Of a stretch of 34,001 nucleotides of DNA, positions 16,457 to 23,527 are shown piece after piece (the first letter of the stretch is position 1; each line of letters starts with the position of its first letter). The translations under genes and the position numbers were made by a program. The DNA comes from an uncultured euryarchaeote (GTDB lineage Archaea; Thermoplasmatota; Poseidoniia; Poseidoniales; Poseidoniaceae). The notes below the pieces were generated by a model. That model saw nothing but the letters and a program-made list of their open reading frames with translations, searched no databases and was not told the origin of the DNA. Location: NCBI GenBank assembly GCA_963968875.1, contig CAXAHZ010000001.1, forward strand, positions 1-34,001. The letters run 5' to 3'.

Positions 16457-17218
16457 TCAAACAGTCATGTTCTTCTTACAAGCGGGGCACTGAATCGTTC
16501 CCGAGTAGTCCTTAGGAATATTCAGTGTTTCATCGCAGTTTTGGCAGGAGACTTGTCGCTTCTTGTTGCCACCGCCAGTTCTGTCGAAAACCCGTTGCAA
16601 GGACGGAGGCCATCCCGGTTTCATGTTTCCATCTCCCAAGAGGAGAGGGAGGCCAACGATTGCGAGACAAGAAAAGGAACACATCATCGACGTCATGAAC
16701 ATAGCAGTGTCTCCCCATACGAGTGTGACAGGGTTCATCTCATCCATGGTTTCAGCGTGGAAGCCGATACTCAAGACCCCAGAAAGTACCAATACGCCCA
16801 TCGTGAGGAAAATCCCATTTTTGTATTCTTGATGAATCAGTGCGCCACCAACCAAGAAGCCCATACCGATGAAAAAGCCAACGGGAGACAGCAACCAGCC
16901 CAACAGTTGGTCGTTGTTAAGTGTCCATAGCATTGACCAACCAATGCGTATCAATGCGTAAATGATGACAAAAGTCCCAAGTGTTTGATACATGTTGTTT
17001 TGAGGAGGCATAACGATTTGCTGCACCGATGGAATTGGGCCAGCCAAACCTGCTGGTTGATAGGTGACTGTCCTGGGGCCCGAAGCGATTTCATCGTATT
17101 CCATCAAGCGTATGACGACATCGTCTTTGTTGCCGGAGATCTTCAAACCACGTTCCTTGCAGAGTTTCTTTAACTCAAGTAGCGTTCGTGCCTCGTAGTC
17201 CATACATATTGCTGGCAT
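16457..17218 (-). CDS. Membrane protein with N-terminal SAP domain, about 4 TM helices and a C-terminal CxxC..CxxC zinc ribbon
   Basis: ATG at 17218. SAP-like helix-extended loop-helix LLELKKLCKERGLKISGNKDDVVIRLMEY (about 17090-17194). Hydrophobic segments in aa ~80-195. CQNCDETLNIPKDYSGTIQCPACK (16478-16546). Confidence 0.8.
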   Translation of the reverse strand: MPAICMDYEARTLLELKKLCKERGLKISGNKDDVVIRLMEYDEIASGPRTVTYQPAGLAGPIPSVQQIVMPPQNNMYQTLGTFVIIYALIRIGWSMLWTLNNDQLLGWLLSPVGFFIGMGFLVGGALIHQEYKNGIFLTMGVLVLSGVLSIGFHAETMDEMNPVTLVWGDTAMFMTSMMCSFSCLAIVGLPLLLGDGNMKPGWPPSLQRVFDRTGGGNKKRQVSCQNCDETLNIPKDYSGTIQCPACKKNMTV

Positions 17219-17278
17219 TTTTTGCCTATAATCGTTCTTCCTACATTTATTAGATGCATAGGATATTGAAACCGGATC

Positions 17279-18514
17279 TCAAACTTCACTCTCATTGGCT
17301 GTATCATCAAACATGAGTGCTTCACGTGGAACGCCGAGCATTGCTTGGCGTAATGATGACCGTAATTCGGTTAATTCACCGTAACAAACCAGCACATCAT
17401 CGTAGCGTAATTGCAAGTCGGAATCCGGATTCCAAACCAGACGGTCACCTCTAGAAAGAGCGAAGACAGGGATGGATGCGAACACTTCATCAAGTCGTTT
17501 TCCGACCATTTTTGGATGGTTCCTGAGTTGTAGGGAAAGCACGCCAGAGCCCGGTACTGTTCTCAAGAGTAGGTCAAGGTCAACTTTACCAAATGCAGTG
17601 TCTTGCATGATGTAGTCAATAATTGCCCCAGCAACATTGACGCCACTGGCCTTCTCGATTCCTTCAAGGCCCGGTGACGAATTAACCTCAAGCACAAGAG
17701 GGCCTTGATTTCCTTCGAGCAAATCCACGCCTGCAATATTCAAACCCAGAACGCGTGCAGCACGGCATGCTGCTTCTGCATATCCGGGTGGTAAATCCAC
17801 ATTTTCAACCGTGCCGTTAAGGTGGAAATTACTGCGGAATTCTCTTCCTCTTGCTCTCCGCCTCATGCAAGCAACAACTTTGTCGCCTACGACAAGGGCG
17901 CGTATGTCCTTGCCGTGAGATTCAGCAATATATTCCTGGACGAGCACTGATTTTCCAGTCAACAAGAGCCCCTGGACCAGGTTACGGACTTCGTAAGCCG
18001 TATGTCTCAAAAATACACCTTCGCCCTGGGTCCCTTGTGTTACTTTTACCACAACTGGAAGCCCGCCGACGGCATCTATTGCCTGCTCAACATCCAAAAT
18101 GTCTCTGACATAAAGCGTGCGTGGAATTGGGATTCGGTTTCGTGCTAGAATTTGTGAAGCATGCAACTTATCACGACTTTGAAGAATCCCTTGGCCGGTA
18201 TTCGCGGTCCACATCCCAAGCTGCTCAATGTGCCTTAATACGGCAACACCGTGTTGCGTAATGGAATGTCCGATACGAGGGATAACGGCATCGTAGGAAA
18301 ATGGTTTTCCTTTGTGAAGGACATCAACGCTGCCGTCCATGACCATCAATGAGAACTTCATCGGGTCGCAAACATCGACCCGTAGGTTCCGTTTCCGGGC
18401 TTCTTCCACAATCCGACGGGTACTGTACAATCGGGGTCCACGGCTAAGGACAGCGAGACGGAGACCCATGAGCGCACGGTCATCCAAATCATTCTTGATA
18501 CCATCGGTCGCCAT
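17279..18514 (-). CDS. rimK: RimK-family ATP-grasp alpha-L-glutamate ligase fused to a C-terminal RCK_C (TrkA_C) domain
   Basis: LAVLSRGPRLYSTRRIVEEA, EFRSNFHLNG and VAGVDLLEGNQGPLVLEVNSSPGLEGIEKASGVNVAG are near-collinear with E. coli RimK as I recall it. The extra ~100 aa (MVGKRLDEV...VFALSRGDRLVWNPDSDLQLRYDDVLVCYGE, 17345-17569) fit the TrkA_C pattern. ATG at 18514 is preferred over the TTG track start at 18544. Confidence 0.85.
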   Translation of the reverse strand: MATDGIKNDLDDRALMGLRLAVLSRGPRLYSTRRIVEEARKRNLRVDVCDPMKFSLMVMDGSVDVLHKGKPFSYDAVIPRIGHSITQHGVAVLRHIEQLGMWTANTGQGILQSRDKLHASQILARNRIPIPRTLYVRDILDVEQAIDAVGGLPVVVKVTQGTQGEGVFLRHTAYEVRNLVQGLLLTGKSVLVQEYIAESHGKDIRALVVGDKVVACMRRRARGREFRSNFHLNGTVENVDLPPGYAEAACRAARVLGLNIAGVDLLEGNQGPLVLEVNSSPGLEGIEKASGVNVAGAIIDYIMQDTAFGKVDLDLLLRTVPGSGVLSLQLRNHPKMVGKRLDEVFASIPVFALSRGDRLVWNPDSDLQLRYDDVLVCYGELTELRSSLRQAMLGVPREALMFDDTANESEV

Positions 18515-18536
18515 TATATCCCTATGATTGGACGCG

Positions 18537-18560
18537 CATTTCAAGTGCTCGGGTGAAATG
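18537..18560. promoter_or_regulatory. 7-bp inverted repeat (CATTTCA-10 nt-TGAAATG) in the 54-nt divergent intergenic region between rimK and the 334-aa membrane protein gene
   Basis: Arms at 18537-18543 and 18554-18560 are exact reverse complements. It is the only structured element in the shared control region. The arms are short, so this could be chance. Confidence 0.25.
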
Positions 18561-18568
18561 AGAGGTTC

Positions 18569-19573
18569 ATGTCCGATGAGGAGGAAATGGATGCAGCCGG
18601 TGCTTTAGCAGTCGACGAGGATCAAGACGAACTGATTGAAGACATGAGTTTGGATGAGCGTAAGGGGCGACTTAAGCAATCCCGATGGAACGTCTTCATG
18701 TATTTGGGAATCGCAGCGATTCTCTTTGGTTTTGCACTGTTCCCAATGCCCTTTTCAGCAAATTATGACGGATTCACCTCCTCAGCAGAGAAGGATATCG
18801 GTTTGGTATGGGGCCTTCCAATTGACGGAGAAGACATGTTTGATGTACCCATGAAAATTGAAGTTACAGCCTCCAAACCTCCTTCAGAGGCGAACGTCAA
18901 CATTGGCGTTTATGTTCTTGAGCAGAAAGATTGCCAAAGCAACTTAGGTGAATACACAGAGCTTGCCAAGAACGGAGGGTCGCATGAATATCAGTATCAA
19001 GAAACATCAAACCCAGTACTGCCGGATGGAGTCTATGAGTTTGAGTTTGGAATTGACCCAGGCCATTATTGTGTGATCGTTGAGTACATTGATGAAACGG
19101 GTTCGAAAACCGGTCAGGCAAGTGATGGCATGAGCGTCTCTGGAAAGATTTACCCGAACCAATTCTTTGCTGGAGTAGCTGGCCTCTTATGCCTCCTTCT
19201 TTCGGGGTTTGCATTCGTCGGGGCTCAAAAGCACGGCAAAGCATTACGGTCAATTCTGGAGGGTGAGCACGAGACCACAGAAGACAAGGTTCTCGCATCC
19301 ATAGGTCCAACCGGTCCACCCGGTTCAGGCCCTAGCGGTCCTCCAGGCTCAGGTCCTAGCGGCCCACCAGACTCGGGTCCATCAGCCCCTCCAATAGCCC
19401 AATCATCTGAGCCCACTGAGGAAGAGCCTCCTGCGCAAGAAACAACACCTTCGGAAGGAGAATTTATTGCTGCAGAAGATGGATTTTTCTTCAAGCAAAT
19501 GCCGGATGGAACTTACGAACAGACTGTTTATGTTCAAAGTGAGGACGGTTCCTACATTCCTCATGAGGAATGA
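18569..19573 (+). CDS. Hypothetical two-TM membrane protein: acidic N-terminus, ~140-aa ectodomain, cytoplasmic Gly-Pro-repeat/acidic tail ending -HEE
   Basis: ATG at 18569 preceded by GAGAGG. TM helices VFMYLGIAAILFGFALF and FFAGVAGLLCLLLSGFAFVGA. Tail GPTGPPGSGPSGPPGSGPSGPPDSGPSAPP ... DGSYIPHEE. Confidence 0.8.
   Translation: MSDEEEMDAAGALAVDEDQDELIEDMSLDERKGRLKQSRWNVFMYLGIAAILFGFALFPMPFSANYDGFTSSAEKDIGLVWGLPIDGEDMFDVPMKIEVTASKPPSEANVNIGVYVLEQKDCQSNLGEYTELAKNGGSHEYQYQETSNPVLPDGVYEFEFGIDPGHYCVIVEYIDETGSKTGQASDGMSVSGKIYPNQFFAGVAGLLCLLLSGFAFVGAQKHGKALRSILEGEHETTEDKVLASIGPTGPPGSGPSGPPGSGPSGPPDSGPSAPPIAQSSEPTEEEPPAQETTPSEGEFIAAEDGFFFKQMPDGTYEQTVYVQSEDGSYIPHEE
19304..19393 (+). repeat. Tandem in-frame 24-nt (8-aa) repeats encoding GP(S/T)GPPGS, about 3.5 copies
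   Basis: DNA reads ggtccaaccggtccacccggttca / ggccctagcggtcctccaggctca / ggtcctagcggcccaccagactcg / ggtccatcagcccctcca. Confidence 0.85.
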
Positions 19574-19665
19574 AGCCTAGAAAGCTCACATTATTGATGC
19601 ATAAGAGCAACAAACGAGCATCATCCTTGAAAGGGAAGATGCTCACGGTAGAATGAGGGAAACCT

Positions 19666-21888
19666 ATGGCCGATGCAGCAACCACCACACTTACGGTTGC
19701 TAAACTCAAGGCTTTGTGCGTCTTAAATGACCTTTCTGCTACGGGCAAAAAGGCAGAATTATTGCAACGTTTGTTGGATGCAGGTGTTGACAAAGAGACC
19801 CTCGGCGTGGAAGTATTTGATGAGGATACTGCAACCTTCCATAACACTGGCGATGATGCGTTAGAGGATGATGTCTCCTCCTCCCAGCAAGGTGAACCCG
19901 TGATGATGTCCCTTGAGGATGAAGAGACCATTACCCCTACTTCATCAGATAATGACTTCGTAGGCGATGAAACGGATGATTCCTCATCCGAGCTTGAGGA
20001 TGAAGAGGTTCTCGATGCAGAAATACTTGATGCAGATCTCGTGGAATCGGTTGATGAGCCGGCGCTAGACAAACAACCTGAATTGAAGGAAGAATCAGTT
20101 CAACAACCTGTATCATCTTCTCGGCTTGAATCACCAACAACACTCCTAGAGATGCTTCAGAAACCACAAGTCGCCGCCGTGCTTCTATCCGTGTTGATTT
20201 TAGGAGCTGGGGGATGGTATTACCTCAACAATCAACTTGAGCCGTTTACAGCCGATTCACTGCGTTACGGTGACGAGATGCAATATGCAATCACCGATGG
20301 TAGTTTCATGGCCTCAGAAGAATTTGTTGAACTCATTACGGACCGTATTGAAACAGAAGATGACATTTGTAAAATCCGGATGATGTTTGAAGGGAGCGGT
20401 GAAGCCAAAATCACCGACGGAGGCGCATTGGAATTAACCAACCAAGGTTCAAACGACAGGCTTGGAGCAGTCCGAGCCAAGGGCGGACAAGGCATGGATT
20501 GGCTTGCGGTTGAAAGCACGAATTCAATGGATTTCAGCGGACCTGGTAAATTTGAGATATTCCGGCATCTACGGAGCTCAATTCCTGGCTCAGATTCCTG
20601 CAGTAGCACGTCTTTAGGCGGTGAAGGAAACGGAATGTTGACGGTCACACAATTTACAGAATTGCGTGAGGAAGTTAGTTTGGGCACACAATTGGATTTC
20701 TCCATGTCTCTTGATGGAGAGTATCAAGGGACTGCGGTAAGTTATGGAATTGGGGGGTTGCTTGGAAGCCTGGACATCGTTTCACCCGGACTTGGCCTCA
20801 TTGTACAACCCATCGAACTGTCAACCTTCTTTGGTAATGAATACATCACGAAGGATGCCCTTGGCACCAATTCCGGATGGGAGTGGAGGGTCATTGGTAC
20901 TGAAAAAATCGGTTCGACCAACATGTGGAAGGTCACCGCAAGTCACAAGGATATCCGGGAACTTTGTCTTGGTTATGCAACGATGAACCTCTGGCTTGAC
21001 GGGATAAGCCCTTGGGCCGTTAAACAAAGTGTTGACGTGGCGATAAGCAGCAATGAAGTCAATCAGGACAGTTGTTCGGGATGGACGCAGCGAGGTGTTG
21101 ATGCAGTCCTTCCTGAAGGAGACCTCGAACTCCATCATACCTTTGAACGAACCTACCTTCAACGAGGAGTGAAGGCCCTAGAACTTGGGCGGTCTTACGA
21201 TAATCGGCCCCAAGCAAACGAACTCAATCCAAACGACGCAGATATGGTTGATTGGGGCGTTGATGGACAACATATGCCTGACAACAGCACACAAAGAAGC
21301 CACCCTCTCGATGACGCCATAGACTGTGTTTCCGAGATTGGAAGTGTTGCTAGCGGTGCTAATTCAGCGCTTGATAACGACGGCTACATCTGGAGGGCCA
21401 TCGACCAACCAAACGGCACTGCGACAGAATGGAACCTTTCTTGGGTAGCAACCGATAACACTGCGGGATGGGTGCTCTTTTCAGTTGAAGGGGAAGACCC
21501 TCAAAATTTGAGTTGTGAATACATTGCCAAGGGGGCATTTGATGACTCAATCACGCACAACCGAGACTCAATTCCTGAAGTACTTCCGCTTGAAGCAGTT
21601 GAATCGCGACTGATGAATCAGCAGAGATTCCCTGCCCTACAAGGTGACGAGGCCTTGTTCACAACCGGCGGCGCATTGCACGAAGAGACCAGAATGGGCT
21701 ATCTCGTCGTTGTTCCGGGGTCAGGATTTGGTATTGATATAGCAGATTTGTTTGATTCTGTGACAGGCGCATCAACGGTGGATGTTCAGCGAGAATGGGA
21801 TTCTGAAGGTTGGAACAATCAATTCTCCTTGGTCGCAGATGCGAGCGATGGGCGCGTTGTCGGTTGGACCCACATAAAATCAGTTTGA
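19666..21888 (+). CDS. Single-pass membrane protein (740 aa): N-terminal SAP domain, ~125-aa acidic linker, TM helix, ~550-aa ectodomain of unknown fold
   Basis: ATG at 19666 preceded by GAGGGA. SAP-like LTVAKLKALCVLNDLSATGKKAELLQRLLDAG (19687-19785). D/E/S-rich linker. TM helix VAAVLLSVLILGAGGWYYL (20167-20223). Confidence 0.85.
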   Translation: MADAATTTLTVAKLKALCVLNDLSATGKKAELLQRLLDAGVDKETLGVEVFDEDTATFHNTGDDALEDDVSSSQQGEPVMMSLEDEETITPTSSDNDFVGDETDDSSSELEDEEVLDAEILDADLVESVDEPALDKQPELKEESVQQPVSSSRLESPTTLLEMLQKPQVAAVLLSVLILGAGGWYYLNNQLEPFTADSLRYGDEMQYAITDGSFMASEEFVELITDRIETEDDICKIRMMFEGSGEAKITDGGALELTNQGSNDRLGAVRAKGGQGMDWLAVESTNSMDFSGPGKFEIFRHLRSSIPGSDSCSSTSLGGEGNGMLTVTQFTELREEVSLGTQLDFSMSLDGEYQGTAVSYGIGGLLGSLDIVSPGLGLIVQPIELSTFFGNEYITKDALGTNSGWEWRVIGTEKIGSTNMWKVTASHKDIRELCLGYATMNLWLDGISPWAVKQSVDVAISSNEVNQDSCSGWTQRGVDAVLPEGDLELHHTFERTYLQRGVKALELGRSYDNRPQANELNPNDADMVDWGVDGQHMPDNSTQRSHPLDDAIDCVSEIGSVASGANSALDNDGYIWRAIDQPNGTATEWNLSWVATDNTAGWVLFSVEGEDPQNLSCEYIAKGAFDDSITHNRDSIPEVLPLEAVESRLMNQQRFPALQGDEALFTTGGALHEETRMGYLVVVPGSGFGIDIADLFDSVTGASTVDVQREWDSEGWNNQFSLVADASDGRVVGWTHIKSV

Positions 21889-21889
21889 G

Positions 21890-22306
21890 GTGAAGGTCGT
21901 GCCAAAGGATACAGAGGACGTACGGGGCCTTGATCACCTGATGGAACAGAATGAGGCTGAACTCAGTTTTCTTTCTGCCTACGGAGGGGTGGATTCGCCC
22001 AAGGGAGAAGATGGCTCGGCCATTTTAGAAGCTCTGTTGAGATTCATGCGAGCAGGTGGAATTGAATGCGAACACAAGGACGGAAAGGTTGTCTTCGAAT
22101 TCGGTTTGGCAACGGCTGAATCGGACGGATGCCTCATCGAATGCAAAGGAAAGCACTTGCCGTTGGTTGCCAGCGATCTACATGCTCCTGGTTTTCACGA
22201 CGGCATCATTGGAACAAAACGGGACACTGTTAGCGTCCGAATCACCTCGTGGAACCAAGACCATCGTCGTTTTCTTGAACGATTGGCTGAGCATCATCGT
22301 TCTTGA
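21890..22306 (+). CDS. Hypothetical soluble protein (up to 138 aa), probably co-transcribed with the 740-aa SAP protein
   Basis: A GTG at 21890 lies 1 nt after the upstream TGA (21886-21888), within tttGAGGTGAAGG. The alternative ATG at 21941 (MEQNEAEL) would give 121 aa. No family recognised. Confidence 0.5.
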   Translation: MKVVPKDTEDVRGLDHLMEQNEAELSFLSAYGGVDSPKGEDGSAILEALLRFMRAGGIECEHKDGKVVFEFGLATAESDGCLIECKGKHLPLVASDLHAPGFHDGIIGTKRDTVSVRITSWNQDHRRFLERLAEHHRS

Positions 22307-22308
22307 TT

Positions 22309-22890
22309 TCAGTTCTCTTTGCGCTTTTTTGCGATAGTGGCAATTCCGAGTACGGTGGCGATCATCGGTATTCCGAGGAACGGCAAGGCACGTTCTTCCC
22401 CCGATGCTGGTACATCGCACTTGTCTCCATCTGCATGAATTCCACCGTAGACTCCATCATCATTGAAGCACGTCGACCAGGTTTTGTACCAATCGCCGTC
22501 GGGGAACCTCTCTGTTGAATCATCAGGATAGGTCGCCTTAATTTGCCAGTTAACGTAGGTGTGGTCGCTTGGTGGAGTTAACGACAAGGCATAAGTTCCA
22601 TCCTTGGCAGTAATGTCGTGAACATTCGGGGGGTCACACACTCCAGAGTTAAGACAAATTTGAGTGGTAATCGTCAAGGTTGTTCCGTTGTTGACGGCAT
22701 CTCCGTCAGTACTGACACTCAATTCCCAAGACTGCCCGTCTTGGGAAGGAGTGGTTCGTTCATTGACAACAAAAGGAACTTCGCCGCTTGGATTAGCATC
22801 TTCTCCCGCAGTGCCTTCCGCAGCAGAAACTTGAGGGGTGCAAGAAAGAAGAAGAATCAAGCACATCATCACAACAAACGGTTTACCCAT
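22309..22890 (-). CDS. Secreted protein (193 aa) with signal peptide and C-terminal motif-TM-basic anchor (LPFLGI...KKRKEN)
   Basis: ATG at 22890. Signal peptide FVVMMCLILLLSCTPQVSA. C-terminal LPFLGIPMIATVLGIATIAKKRKEN. Confidence 0.75.
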   Translation of the reverse strand: MGKPFVVMMCLILLLSCTPQVSAAEGTAGEDANPSGEVPFVVNERTTPSQDGQSWELSVSTDGDAVNNGTTLTITTQICLNSGVCDPPNVHDITAKDGTYALSLTPPSDHTYVNWQIKATYPDDSTERFPDGDWYKTWSTCFNDDGVYGGIHADGDKCDVPASGEERALPFLGIPMIATVLGIATIAKKRKEN

Positions 22891-22944
22891 GCGGTGAATG
22901 AGGGCGTGGTCGTTCTTTTATCTTCCTGATGTGCTGAATGGACG

Positions 22945-23451
22945 CTATTCCATTTCCCAAAGTTCATCTCCAACCCAATGAACGGTTTTGATGCCCTTGC
23001 CTTTGGTTTCTCCTACAAGGTCATCGCTTGACATGCAAGCCCATCCAAGAGCGAGCGGTCGCTTGTGTTTCATGTCGCGGACCCAAACCAAATCACCTTC
23101 TTCCACGCTTTCTTCAGCTCCGTGAATTCCCGCCACCATGCAATCCGCTCCATTCATCAGAAATGGAATGGCGCCGTGGTCTACTTCAACCCATTTTTTA
23201 GCATCTTGATGGTCTAAGAACCCACGCAAGGTAAGAAAAACACATCGTTCACCGGATTCATTGTACACTTCAATAACGATTGGTGTTTTGTCAACGAAAA
23301 CCATGCTCCATGGCCCGTATTCAGCCATCTCAAGAAACCCTCCGTCGACGTTGAGGTCAACTTCCAAATCCCGTTCAAGGTCTTTGAGCAAAGGAGCAAT
23401 GTTTTTTCTTCGCACAGGCCGGCGTTTTTTCATAGCCCAATCGGTTGCCAT
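22945..23451 (-). CDS. PUA-domain RNA-binding protein (archaeal Tma20/MCT-1-like, pre-PUA + PUA)
   Basis: GADCMVAGIHG...EGDLVWVRD...KRPLALGWA...GKGIKTVHWVGDELW fits the PUA pattern. ATG at 23451 (MATDWAMKKRRP) is chosen because the longer track ORF (to 23616) would overlap the divergent FAH gene start. Confidence 0.65.
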   Translation of the reverse strand: MATDWAMKKRRPVRRKNIAPLLKDLERDLEVDLNVDGGFLEMAEYGPWSMVFVDKTPIVIEVYNESGERCVFLTLRGFLDHQDAKKWVEVDHGAIPFLMNGADCMVAGIHGAEESVEEGDLVWVRDMKHKRPLALGWACMSSDDLVGETKGKGIKTVHWVGDELWEME

Positions 23452-23527
23452 GGTCCGATGTTGGGGCGACCGGTTATCATTCTTCGTCAATAGAGATATT
23501 GATGTGGAGCGGCTTCTTGGCGGTATT

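Noticed and set aside
19491-20072. 193-aa Ser-rich minus-strand ORF
   Set aside because: It is antisense to the acidic (GAN-rich) linker of the 740-aa SAP protein and to the tail of the 334-aa gene. It is a compositional artefact.
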